Below, one piece after another: positions 12,652 through 25,039 of a DNA stretch of 64,000 bases. This stretch comes from Octopus sinensis (taxonomy: Eukaryota): NCBI RefSeq assembly GCF_006345805.1, contig NC_042999.1, positions 116,436,001-116,500,000 on the forward strand, given 5' to 3'. Positions within the stretch are counted from its first letter, which is position 1. Each line of letters starts with the position of its first letter. Below the pieces are notes generated by a model that ran no database searches, was not told where the DNA came from, and saw nothing but the letters and a program-made list of their open reading frames with translations. The position numbers and the translations under genes are program-made.

Positions 12652-13353
12652 TGATTGATTGATTGATTGATATTGATGTATGCAGGTATAGCTGTATGGT
12701 TAAAAATCTTGCTTTGCAATCTTGTGGTTTCGGATTTAGTTCCACTGTACAATGCCTTGGGCAATTTTCTTTCACTAGAGCTTTATTCCGGACAATGCTT
12801 TGTGAATGATTTAGGCTTTAGCAAAAAACTTTCCCCGCATCATGATCTGAATTGTCAGATTTTCATCTCTCTACCCAGAAGGCAGAGGCCAGGTCAATTC
12901 AATGTTTATTTGCTTCCATTACTGGTTGTATATTCTGGTGAAGTACATCTACCAAGATTATGAAGTAAATCCCATCCCCCAGAAACAGCTGTCGGACTTG
13001 TAACACCATACCTTCTCCCCTGTATTTTTCTGTGTCTTTGGTACTCTGTGTAAGTTTGCTCTGTTAATATATAAATATCTATGTATTTATAACTGAATAT
13101 TCATCGTCTGAAAATGTGTCTTTGCATTCTCTCTATTTACATGTATATATATATATATATATATAATATATATATATTGTATATCGAACCAAAGCAGTTT
13201 TTTTTGTTTATATGCATCATTGTCTCTCTCTGTCTCTATCAATCTCGCCCTCTCTCTTCCTCCTCCTCCTCCTCCTCCTCTCTCTCTCTCTCTCTATATA
13301 TATATTATATATATATATATATATACATACATACATACTTCCATATATATATA

Positions 13354-13403
<50 letters not shown>

Positions 13404-14011
13404 GCGTACACACACACACAGATACATACGCATAAATACTCATGCACACATACACACCTGTAAATTTTTTATTAAGTCTGTGCGGCTGTTAATTTTTATT
13501 TACTTTTTTTTCCTGTTCTATTTATAAATCTAGATAAACATCGAGACATTTATGTTTTTGCTTTACCATATTACACTTCACGCATAAACGCAAGTGCATA
13601 TAAGCGTATACGCACAAAATATGAAACTGCATAGATATATATATAGTCACGAAAAAAGAACCATAACAATGGATATAAAGTAAGAAAAAAAACAAGACAA
13701 AGCACACTCAAGCAACAACAACAACAACAACAACAACAACAAATCAAACAGTTAACTATTAATGTTATCGTCGTTTCTATGTCAGGTTCACGTTCAGATA
13801 AAATACTATTCAACATAAGAAATAGGATGGTTGCTCATTCTAAATTTGTTTAAGATGAGTTGATAATAGATAGCACGTCTTGATCTAGCTTCACCAACCC
13901 TGGACACAACTTGAGGCATATAAGGTTACCTGGTCTTTCAACACTCTGATTGGGTAACATATAACTTCGTGACTTAGTTTTCTCATTTCAGATATATCAT
14001 TATTGTTGTTG

Positions 14012-14085
<74 letters not shown>

Positions 14086-14539
14086 TTTTTTTTTGTCTGC
14101 GTATTCAAATAAGACTTTAAGGCTTTAAAGATATTAGTCGTCTCATCATCTATTTCAATATTGTTTATTTCTGTATTTCGTTTGTAGGCCATCGACTTGT
14201 TTGAAGAGTTTTTCATTTCATGACATACCCGATTCTTGTTTTTTCGTATCTACATGTGTGTGTGTGTGTGGTGGTGGTGGTGGTGGTGGTAGTGGTATTG
14301 TGTGTGTATGTTTGTGTGTGTATGTATTGTGTATGTATATGTGTGTGTATATAAGTGTATGTATATGCATGTATATTTATATATATACACACATACACAC
14401 ATATATATTTATATATACACACACATATATGTGTTTTATATATAACACACATATATATATATATATATTTATTTATTCCTATATGCGCTTCAACCCAGGG
14501 ACAGTGGCCATGCTGGGGCACCGCCAGTATTGTTACCTT

Positions 14540-16100
14540 TTCAATGGCCATTCTTTTGGGACTGACTTTTGGTGAAGAAAGAAGTTCGATAGTGTTGCCC
14601 TCTTTTGAGTTTCTTGCTGTGATGCGGGTTCATCAGGGACCTTGTAGAGCAAAAGGTCAAGTTGTTTCTTGAAAACACCTAGCCCTACTCCATGAAGATC
14701 TCTCTGATATTTTGGCAGATAGGAAATAGCTGTGGGCCTTTGAATCACAAGCTATTTCAGTCCTCACTCTAGAGGTGATGCGTGGGACCTTTAGAACAGT
14801 GCAGTGACATCCAATTCAAAGGCTAGTATAACTCTCGATGCCAAAGTATGGTGGAAACCCTTCTAGGATCTTCCATATGTATATCACTATAAAGCTCTCC
14901 CGTCTTCGCTCCAGGGAGTAGAGCTGTAACTCTGACAGTCTCTCCCAGTAGCTCAGCTGTTCCAATGATGCCATCTTCCTGATGTAGAAGCGTCGAACTG
15001 CCTCAAATTTTGCTATAAATTTAGCAGCAATCCAGACGGTTGAGAATAAATGTCCTCCATAGAACCAGAATAGATTCCTAGTAGTCTTGCTCTATAAGAT
15101 CTCGGAGTCCATCCTGCTGTTCGCCTGCACATTATCACCATCTAGATGATATGTATATAAAACGATGAGTTTCATATAAATCCCCAGATCACGCACTGTG
15201 ATCTGGGAATTGATATGAAACCCTGGGATTGTCACTTTATTTCCAAAGCATCTTTGTTGCAGCATGCTAGTGCACGCAAGCTGATAGAGGAGGGCTTGGA
15301 GTTTCCCTGCATTAAATTGCTTGTTGTTTTCTTCAGCCCATTTATATATGACATCTAAGTTTTTCAGAAGAAGATTAACATCGAAAAGTTCCTTGACTGC
15401 GTGTACTACTATTGCGTCGTCGGCATAGCTAATAAGTGCGGTTGCCTGTGTAACTAATGGCATGCCCAAAAAGAGCCACCATAAACAGCAGTGGCCTCAA
15501 CACAGTTCCCTGAGGCATTCCATTCGCTATTACTATCTCCTTGGAGAGGGCCCTATTGACTACCACAGCCTGGTTTCTGCCTGTTAAGTCATGTAACCAC
15601 TCTTCCAGTTTTTCGAATATGCCGTGTCTTCGCAGCTTGTGACATATCCCATGGTCAACTTTATCAAAGACCTTTGCAAAATCGAGATATATTACATACA
15701 CGTTTGAGCGATTGACTAGTTGTATCATCACCCATTCATAATGCTGCAGAAGCTGTGTAAGGAAGCTTCTTCCTGAGTGGAAGCCATACTAGGTGTCAGG
15801 GAACAAGTCGTTATCTTCTAGGAACGTGATCAACTTCCTCTGACTATGCATTCCATGACTTTGCTGACATGTGAGATTATAGAGATAAGCCTATAGTGTT
15901 TAGCAACCACTCTGCTACTTCCTTTATGGATGGGCATCTGGAAGCTTTGGAAGCTGGTCTGTAATCGTTTTGCTAGAGCCCCTTTGCATTTCTTTAGGAA
16001 GATTGCGAGAAATTCATCAGGGCCTGTGGCTAAATTTAAGCTCATTTTGTCAATGGCTCATATTACTTCAGTTTCCTCTATTCCGATGTAGTTCTTTGGC
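14540..16100 (-). pseudogene. CR1-type non-LTR retrotransposon ORF2 (reverse transcriptase), 5'-truncated, frameshifted
   Basis: Successive minus-strand peptides: ATGPDEFLAIFLKKCK..HYRLISIISHVSKVMECIVR; YLDFAKVFDKVDHG..GMPQGTVLRPLLF; ISYADD; LSYWERLSELQLYSLERRRE; FKKQLDLLLYKVPDEP. These are canonical LINE RT and C-terminal motifs. Confidence 0.92.
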
Positions 16101-16261
16101 ACCACAGCTCTCAGTCTATTCGTTTATTCATTTATCTGCTTATTACTCAGTCTGTCTGTATATCTGTATGCATTTTTTTCTCTTTCTGACTTATAATTAA
16201 TTTTGAGCGATCACCTAATTGGTTTGCATCTGTGAATATATGTAAGTACGTATGCATAATA

Positions 16262-16540
16262 AAGAACGACTCTCCCGTCGTTAGACGACGTATGAGATTT
16301 AGACAGTTTCTTATCGAACAACCACACAGAGGATTTGCTTATAGTGATCAAATGTTTGTAAAGACATAAGATCACTCCCTCCATGAAATCGACATTACCT
16401 GTACGGGTGCAACGGGGTACCATTTGTCAGATGCCGAAGTGATCGCAGAGCAAGTTGAAATGGAGTGCTTTGCTCAAGAACACAACGTAACGCCTGGGCT
16501 GGGAATCGAACCGACAATCTTGCACTGAACCATGCGCCTT
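16262..16540 (-). mobile_element. tRNA-derived SINE family C
   Basis: GATCGCAGAGCAAGTTGAAATGGAGTGCTTTGCTCAAGAACACAAC...GGGAATCGAACC, shared with 28245-28470 and 51149-51380. Confidence 0.7.
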
Positions 16541-18149
16541 CACACACACACACACACACATACACGCGCACACACACATGTACGTATATATATATACTTA
16601 TATATGTGTACGTATATATTCGTATATATATATGTACGTATGTATGTATGCATGTGTGTATGTATAGATGTGTCTATGTGTGCATGTGTGTATGTGTGTA
16701 TGTATGTATGTATGTATGTATGTATGTATGTATGTATGTATGTATGAATGTCTTCCGTCTGTTTTACAAGGCCTGAAACTTTGCAGGAGAACGGGAGAAG
16801 GCTAATCAATTACATCAACCTCCCCCAACCCCAGGGGCTGAACTGGTACTTATTTTATCCACATGAAAAGATAATGTCTCTCTAACACTTTCTATCATAT
16901 CTGTTCGCTCTACATTATCTGTTTCTTATCTGTCTCTCTCTAAGTCTCTGCGTGGTTATCTTTTCAACTATCTATCTTCTTTGCTACCTGCCTGCATGCC
17001 CTGTCATCCTGCCCGTCTATTTGACGCTTTTCATCTACCCGCACATATTCAAATTTAATTTTTGTTTTGTGTTTCCCTGAATTTAATAAATTATTCCAAT
17101 CTCAATTAGCTATTCAAACTCTATACCTCTTTTATCCTTTACGCTGTTCTCTACGATTTCGTAGAGGAAGACTACCACGCAGATAGATGTATGCATGCAT
17201 ATTTCTATGTATGTATGTATGTATGTATGTATGTATGTATGCATGTATGTATGTATGTATGTATGTATGTATGTATGTATGCATGCATGTATGCATGCAT
17301 GTATGTATGTGTGTGTATGTGTGTGTACGCATGTGCAGATGTGCATTATGCATTCCTTTATTCCATGTCGGAGCACCGCCATTATAAGTTCGTGTGCATA
17401 TGCTTGTAAATTATATACTTCAAAATTTATTCAAAATTTCCTGAGTTACATATAAAGACGTACACGCACACTCATTTGTGTGTGTGTATGTGTGAGTGTG
17501 TGTGTGTGTGTGTGTCCGTGTCCGTGTCCAAAGCATACAACCATTACTCGCTATTGTCTCTCCCTTGCTAATATTCAACCACATTCCTTCATCTTTCATT
17601 GATCGTCGCCATCTCAACAAAATGTTTCGTTGACAGCATAATAAACGAATTACGTGTAATTGAGAAGAAATTATTAGATTTCTGCACTTTCATTGTCTTT
17701 TTTCTTCTTTTTTTTTGTGAACTGTGATGTTATTATTACTTTCCTTTCTTTCTTTTATTCATTTACTTCTCGCTTCCCTTTATTCTTTTCCTTTTTTTCT
17801 CTTGCCATGTTTTTCTCCTTCGTTCGTATTTACTCGGAATGCGATGTGGCAAACCGCCAAGATAATGGAGCTTTTCAAGTAGATCGGCCGCACTTTCAAA
17901 ATGTCGACCATTTTGCGATGAGTTTTTTTTTTGTTTTGATTTACCCGGATGCTGAAGGGAATATTGCTTACACATGTCTCCGGGAATTAACCTGTAATAT
18001 GTTGCTGTTGTTGCCGTGGTTTTTGTTTTTGTTGTTGTTGTTGATCTTTAATCCCAAGATGGTATCTGAACAAGCAAGACTTATCATTAACTCTTCTGTT
18101 ACGATGTTTCTGCTGAAATATTCTGCCTTTCTCTCAATTAATAGTTCTT

Positions 18150-18560
18150 TCTACAATAGTCACAAGGCCCAAACTTTCCAGGAGAACGGGAGAAGGCTAA
18201 TCAATTACATCAACCTGGTACTTATTTTATCCACACGAAAAGATAAAGTCGACTTCAGCGAAATATGAACCCAGAACGTAAAACCAGAAGAAATGTCGTT
18301 CATCAGTTTGTCTAGTACGTTAACATTTCTACCAGCTCGCCATCTTTTTGTTTCGATTAACACTGTTTCTAATAGTTATTTAAATTTTTTGCCACAAGGG
18401 CAGCTTGCAGGGAGATGGGGATGAGTCAATTACATTGTCCCCAGTACACCCCGAAAGGATGAAAGGCAAAGTCAACCTCGGCGGAATTTGAACTCAGAAC
18501 GTAGCGACAGGCGAAATACTGCTAAGCATTTCGTTCAGCGCACTAACGATTCTGTCAGCT
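18150..18560 (-). mobile_element. Two SINE family B copies
   Basis: Reverse complement of family B (GGCGAGCTGGCAGAATCGTTAG...TTCTGAGTTCAAATTCCGCCGAGGTCGAC). Confidence 0.8.
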
Positions 18561-18625
18561 TTGACAGTGTTTCAAATAATGATGAATCTAGTAAACTAAC
18601 TTTGTCATTATTAATAAGGTGTTTA

Positions 18626-19478
18626 AGGCAGCAAGTTGGAAGAGTCGTTGGCGCGCCGGGCGAAATGCTTAGCGGTATTTCGTCTGCTGCTACGTTCTGA
18701 GTTCAAATTCCGCCGAGGTCGACTTTGCCTTTCATCCTTTCGGGGTCGATTAAATAATTACCAGTTACGCACTGGTGTCGATGTAATCGACTTAATCCGT
18801 TTGCCTGTCCTTGTTTGTCACCTCTGTGTTTAGCCCCTTGTGGGTAGTAAAGAAATATGTATTTCGTCTACAGCTACGTTTTAAGTTCTGCTGAGGTCGA
18901 CATTGCCTTTCATCCTTTTGGGTTCGATGAAATAAGTACCAGTTACGCACTAGGGTCGATGTAATCGACTAGCCCCCTCTCCAAAAATTTTCAAGGCCTT
19001 GTGCCTACAGTAGAAATAATCATTAATCAGGTGTTTATGGCGGCGAGCTGGAAGAATCGTTAGCACGCTGGACGAAATGCTTAGCTGTATTTCGCCCGTT
19101 GGTACATTCTGAGTTCAAATTTCGCCGAGGTCGACTTTACCTTTCATCCATTAGGGGTACCAGTTAAACACTGGGTTCGATGTAATCGACTCATCTCCTC
19201 TCCACCAAAATATTGCTGCCCTTGTGGCAAAATTTGAAATCATTATTAATTAGGTGTTTAAGGCGGCGGGCTAACAGAATAGTTAGCACACCAGGTGAAA
19301 TAGTTAATGTCATTTTGTCCACCTTTACATTCTGTGGTCAAATTCCGCCGAGGTCGACTTTGCCTTTCATTCTTTCGGGGGTTGATTAAATAAGTACCAA
19401 TTACGCACTGGGAGCGATGTAATCGACTTACCTTCACCCACCAAATTTCAGGTATTGTGCCTTAGTAGAAAGGGTTAC
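18626..19478 (+). mobile_element. Head-to-tail array of four SINE family B copies
   Basis: Repeated AAATGCTTAGCGGTATTTCG...TTCTGAGTTCAAATTCCGCCGAGGTCGACTTTGCCTTTCATCC...GTCGATGTAATCGAC units at about 18626, 18855 (5'-truncated), 19038 and 19261. Confidence 0.88.
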
Positions 19479-19734
19479 TAATGAGGTGTTTAAACTTAGA
19501 TCTCTTTAAAATAAGAAATTTGTATCATAGAACAAAAAGCTGTTCCAGGTGATTGATCTCAAAAGAGTGAAGTCGTAAGTCGTTCACTGTCTGATCATAG
19601 ATTTCTTATAATTTTTTTATTCATTTATTTTATAAAATTGTTCTCCAGTGTTGCTTTCTTGTTCAATGATTGCGCTTTGCTGATAGTTACTTGGGTCATG
19701 GACATCTCTAAGAATTTAGACTACATAATAGACG

Positions 19735-19770
<36 letters not shown>

Positions 19771-19914
19771 CCCTACACATTCAAATATTATATTTGTTGC
19801 TGGCTTGCTTAGTTCCGTCCAGTTTGGTCCCGAATGCGCAGATTTTATTTTTCAAGATGGCAAGGTGTTATGTGAAGGAGATTGGTTTCTTTGTTTTAAT
19901 GACATAATAAACTA

Positions 19915-20270
19915 TCGTTTTCCCAGGTGCTACGCTGTGGGACTGAATCCGGAACCATGTGCTTTGAAAGCTAACGTTTTACCAAGCAGCTACACCTGCA
20001 CCTCAAGAGAGAAGCCCGTCGTATATATGTATATGTATATATATATATCTGTATGTCTTTGTGTCTGTGTTTGTCCCCCACCACCGCTTGATAACCGGTG
20101 TTGGTGTGTTTGTGTCCCTGTAACTTGGCAGTTCGTCAAGAGTTATCGATAGAACAAGTACCAGGCTTGAAGAAAAAGTACTGGGGTCGATTCATTCGAC
20201 TAAGAATTGTTCAAGGTGGTGTCCTCGCATGACCGCAGTCTAATGACTGAAACAAGTAAAAGACAACCGA
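19915..20270. mobile_element. SINE family A fragments (minus-strand head abutting plus-strand tail)
   Basis: GCTGTGGGACTGAATCCGGAACCATGTG (minus head), then GAAGCCCGTCGTATA...GACTGAAACAAGTAAAAGA (plus tail). Confidence 0.7.
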
Positions 20271-21309
20271 TAGAAGACATAAATACATAAACGAATACAC
20301 AAGCACAAACATAAGACAAATCAGCTAAGAAAAATAACTCAGAGTGGTCAGCAGCATGCATATAAACAATATACAAGTATATAAAATGCTTCATAAAGTT
20401 TTGGTTTTTTTTATACCTATTGCCGCCTCCAGGAGATGCATCACAATTATCAAACGTCAACTGAGAGCTGTTCTATACGAGAAGCGGAGATTATCTCAAG
20501 AGTCAATAATTCTCCAAAGTTGACATGCAATTAAGAAAAAGAACAAGACTATTTGCCCAGAGATAACAGGATAGTCATGGACACGTGTTTCTACCTCAAT
20601 AGGTGTCATCAGTGTGACAGTTGCTCAATCCTATCTCCAGTAGCCAAGGGACATGGGCATGGACAAAAGGTGTAGAACGCATTTATTTGTGTTCTTATAC
20701 AAGTTATTTGTATAATTTAGATAAGTAATTTTGTATAATCTAATTAAAAATGAGCTCAGAGTGTCCAGTGGCATGTATGTGGAGAGCATACACAAGTACA
20801 AGTACTTCAAATACCATATATATTGCGGTCTGAGTTTCAAACATCACGCGGGCCAACTTTGTCTTTCTTTCTTTCGGAGTCAATAGATATAGTACCAGTC
20901 GTGTACTGCGGTCGAGTGTTCTCTGTCTGTCTACATGCATCTCAGTCTGTTTGCCTCTGTGTGTGTGTGTCTCTCTCTCTTTCTCTCTCTCTCTTTCCCT
21001 CCTTCCCTTTCAGTCTCTTCTAAAAATATCCAAGACGCACCGTATGTGAGGACGGCGCCCCTACAGCTCCATTAGGAATTGAGGACATATGGCAAGTTAT
21101 AATACAAATACCCATAAACACACATACACACACTTATACGCCACATGTGCATATATATATGTATACATATACATACATAATATATATATATATACAGAAA
21201 GAGAGGGGGAGAAAGATGTGTATGAAAGAAATGTATATACTTATATATATATATAAATATATATATATATACACACACACACACATCCACATATTTATAG
21301 ACATACACG

Positions 21310-21344
<35 letters not shown>

Positions 21345-21855
21345 CTCCCTCTCACACACACTCACATGCTCCACTTTAGTTTTAAGAGTTGTGCATACAT
21401 GCAATTAATGTAGACTAACTCACTTATGTTTGTCAGTCAGGCAGGCAGGTAGACTGTTAGTCGCAGTAACTTCACTTCAATTATATATATCATGAATAAA
21501 AACAACAAGAACAACAGCAACAGCCGCAGCAGCAACAACAATAACAACAACAACAACAACAACAATAACAAACTAACAGACTAAAAGAAGCAACCCTGCA
21601 AGCAAAACCAAGGCTGTAAAACAAGCCAAGTAAAGATATGCGAACAAATCAACAGGCCATTTTATAATGAATGTTGAGCTAAGGTCACTGAGGAAAAGTC
21701 TAACAAGGCGTTTTTTTTTTTCTTTGAAAGTAAACTCCCGTTTCTTTAGCTGCATTGTTGTTGTATAACCTCTGGTTACACAACCACCTATGATTGAGTA
21801 GACAGATATTCAAAGGTTGTTTCTGTTTAAAGGTATTTTTTGTTTGAGAGTACTA

Positions 21856-22195
21856 AATTCAACATGTGTTATGAATAAAATGCATAATGCGATCACTTGT
21901 CATGTCCATATGAATTTTGCTGTCGGTGTATGCCTCGTAGTTAAACGACCACTTTTGAATGACCTAGACTTAGAAGCACGCTAACTTGTTTCGTCATTTT
22001 TTAAGAATCATCAGGCATTTTATTTTATTTTTATTTTATTCATAACGTGTTATGAATGAAATATATATACGATCACTTGTCGTGTCCACATGAGTCTTGC
22101 TGTCGTTGTATGCATCCTGGTTAATTGACAAGGTCTGAGTTCCTTAAGCTTAGGATCATGTTCACTTCTTTCGTCTTTCTTAAGAATCATCAGGG
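21856..22195 (+). repeat. Diverged two-copy tandem repeat, ~180-bp unit
   Basis: GATCACTTGTC at 21891 and 22071. TTAAGAATCATCAGG at 22001 and 22180. Confidence 0.8.
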
Positions 22196-22339
22196 ATTAA
22201 TTAAATCTGCCTTACAAACAATCGACAGAAGGAAGCCAATAATTACTTATCAAACATGTAAATAAGATTGTAACACAAGGCTCACCCACACACACCCACA
22301 CAAACACACACACACACGCACACATACACACACACACAT

Positions 22340-22830
22340 ATTGGTTTCAAATTTTGATGCATAGCCAGCAATTTCGGGGGAGGGGGTAAGTCGATTACCT
22401 TGGCCCCAGTACTCAACTGGTACTTATTTTATCGACCCCGTAAGGATGAAAGGCAAATACAACCCTGGCGGAATTTGAAATCAGAATGTAAAGACGGACG
22501 AAATGCCGCTAAGCGTTTTGCTCGACGTGCTAACGATTCTGCTAGCTCGCTGCCCTAAGGTACATATATATACTGGTGAAAGTTTAACGTTTAACTACAA
22601 TACAAAACTTAAGGCAGCTAGCTGGCAGAATCGTTAGTACTCTTGACAAATGCTTAGCAACATTTCGTCTGTCTGTAGGTTCTGAGTTCAAGTTCCGTCG
22701 TGGTCGACTTTACTTTTCATCCTTTCGGGGTCAATAAAATAAGTACCAGTTGAGATCTGTGGTCGATGTAATAGACCATCCTACTTCTACAAAATTTCAA
22801 ACTTTGTAATTGTAATAGAAAGGATTATTA
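22340..22830. mobile_element. Two SINE family B copies, divergently oriented
   Basis: Minus copy at about 22340-22560, plus copy at about 22610-22830. The plus copy is flanked by TTAACTACAATACA on both sides (TSD-like). Confidence 0.8.
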
Positions 22831-23780
22831 ACTACAATACAGGATGGATTTTGAATAAATATGTATACGAAGGTTATATCGATATGCTTAATAAATAAAT
22901 GTATATTTAAACATATTTAGTCTAAGTGCGAAAGTAAGTCTCATGGTCAAAATACATGAGCATTCGGCATCTTACAATGAGATACAAACTGACTAGTTTC
23001 GTCTTTCAGAAAAAATTCATCAGAGATCGTTTACATCTGACTTCCAGGTTGCCAGAAATAAGTAGTATAGACCACTCAGAAAATCACTCAATCTACAAAG
23101 AGAGAAGGAAAGGGGTAGAGTGCAGCTTACAAGTACTTTTGCAAAATACGTTGAACTGCTTTTGCTCAGTGAGGCTAAACGTATGTTTATTTAAAGTACA
23201 TTTTATTAAAAATACATGCTTATTAAAAGTACGGAAGTAAATATATCTACAAACTTATCCTCACATGCTGTGTCAGTACTCTTTTACACTTTTGTTCTAT
23301 TCATTGGACTGCGGTCATGTTGGAGCACTGCCTTGAAGGGTTGTAATAGAACAAACCGACGTCATGCGAATTTTTAAAAGCCTGGTACTAATTCTATCAG
23401 TCTCTTTGTCGAACTACGGAGATATAAACAAGTCAACACTGGTTGCCAAACGCGCACAAACACACATGTAAATGTCAAACAATGAGTATGGGTGCTCAAC
23501 AACGCATTGGTAGATAAAGGATAAAGTTTCTTCATTTGTGTATTAAGGCTACCATTGGTTTCATGTTAAGAAAATATCTTATCTTAATTTTCAAGCCGAT
23601 CACATGGAGGTGTTGTGTCAACATGTACCTCCTTACGACAATGTAACCTTTAATCTAATCAAGATACCCTTGGTCTGAAGAGTTGGTATACATCTCACTT
23701 GGATTTTACCAATTCTGAGGTTCCGCTCGCTATGATACATATGTAGCCCGGATCTTTCCTATTCCATTCCGTAACTCTTG

Positions 23781-23818
<38 letters not shown>

Positions 23819-23821
23819 GTG

Positions 23822-23869
<48 letters not shown>

Positions 23870-24277
23870 TTGTGTGTGTGCGTGCGTGCGTGTGTGTTTG
23901 TATGTGTACATATAAACTTCTACACAGTTTCTGTCAACAAATTTCATTCACAAGGCATTGACTGGTCCGAGGAGTAGGAGACATTTGCCTAAGGTGGCAC
24001 GCAGTGGGAATGAACCCAAAGCCACGCGTTTGCGAAGTAAAATTCTTATCTTCATAGCCATGCCTGTCGCTGAAGAAATTAGTGGTAGCCACCGGTTGCC
24101 GAAACTCAGGAGTATTTGAGTTAACTAATACGCCATGACAGTAAATGTACTTGTGTGAAAATGTATAGAAACAGTACCTGTTGATCATCATTAAACATTC
24201 TCTCGTTTTCTCTCTTCCTTCACCCATTTCGGTCTCTTTCTGTCTGAATTTATCTTGCTCTCCCTTTAAAATGGATT

Positions 24278-24997
24278 TTAACAGTTGGAAGAAGGCAATC
24301 TGGGTCAAATGTTTCTTTTGGCTGTCTCCACACGTATAGTCGGCCGGTGATCAGAATAAGATAAAGGATGACTCGTCAGAGAAAATAACATTCTTCCACT
24401 GCTCTAGGGACCAATTCTGTAGGTTTTTACTCCACTCTAAACGCTTTGCAACGTTTGTTTTTGAAAGTAGTGGTTTTCTGATTGCAGTCCTCCCTTGAAA
24501 TCCGGCTTTGTGCAGCTCCCGGTGAACAGTTCTTGTGGAAACTGGGTTCTCGAGGTGGTTATTAAGCTCTGCAGTGATTTTGGGTACTGCACTTTAGCGA
24601 TCCTTTGTAAGAATTCGCGTAAGTGTCCAACGGTCCCTATTTGAAAGTTTTGGTTTTCTTCCGGAGTTTTGTTTCGAAGAGGAGATTTTTTTCCTCTTTC
24701 TCAAAGGCAGTCATTACTTTCGAGACAGTACTTGATACACCGAACATTTCGGCTGTTTTCGTTACGCTAGCGCCTGCCATACAAACACCAACAATTTGAC
24801 CTCTTTGAAAGTCTGATAGATCTGTCATTTTAATGAATTCTAATTACCTTTTTCTGATGATATCTGAAAAGAAACAGCAAATTCAACAAACATATTAAGC
24901 AACACTAATAACAAATAAAAAAAACATAAAAATAAACAAGCTTTTGACGGTTTTATAGATATTAACACTAGGTGTTTCCATTATTTTGCCCAACCCC

Positions 24998-24999
<2 letters not shown>
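24278..24999 (-). mobile_element. Tc1-family DNA transposon, 5' half (TIR plus transposase N-terminus up to past the first catalytic D), pseudogenised
   Basis: TA-CTGGGGTTGGGCAAAATAATGGAAACACC TIR at 24971-24999. Minus-strand translation with frameshifts and stops: MTDLSDFQRGQIVG..GASVTKTAEMFGVS..NSGRKPKLSNRDRWTL..ITAELNNHLENPVSTRTVHRELHK..RKPLL..QWKNVIFSDESSF..YVWRQPKETFDPDCLLPTVK. Confidence 0.92.

Positions 25000-25039
<40 letters not shown>

Noticed and set aside
17693-18268. 191-aa ORF
   Set aside because: It runs through T-rich low-complexity tracts and a SINE. F/L-rich composition, no recognisable domain or splice structure.
18612-19492. Repeat-spacer periodicity suggestive of CRISPR
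   Set aside because: The context is eukaryotic, the 'spacers' are homologous ~220-bp SINEs, and there are no cas genes.
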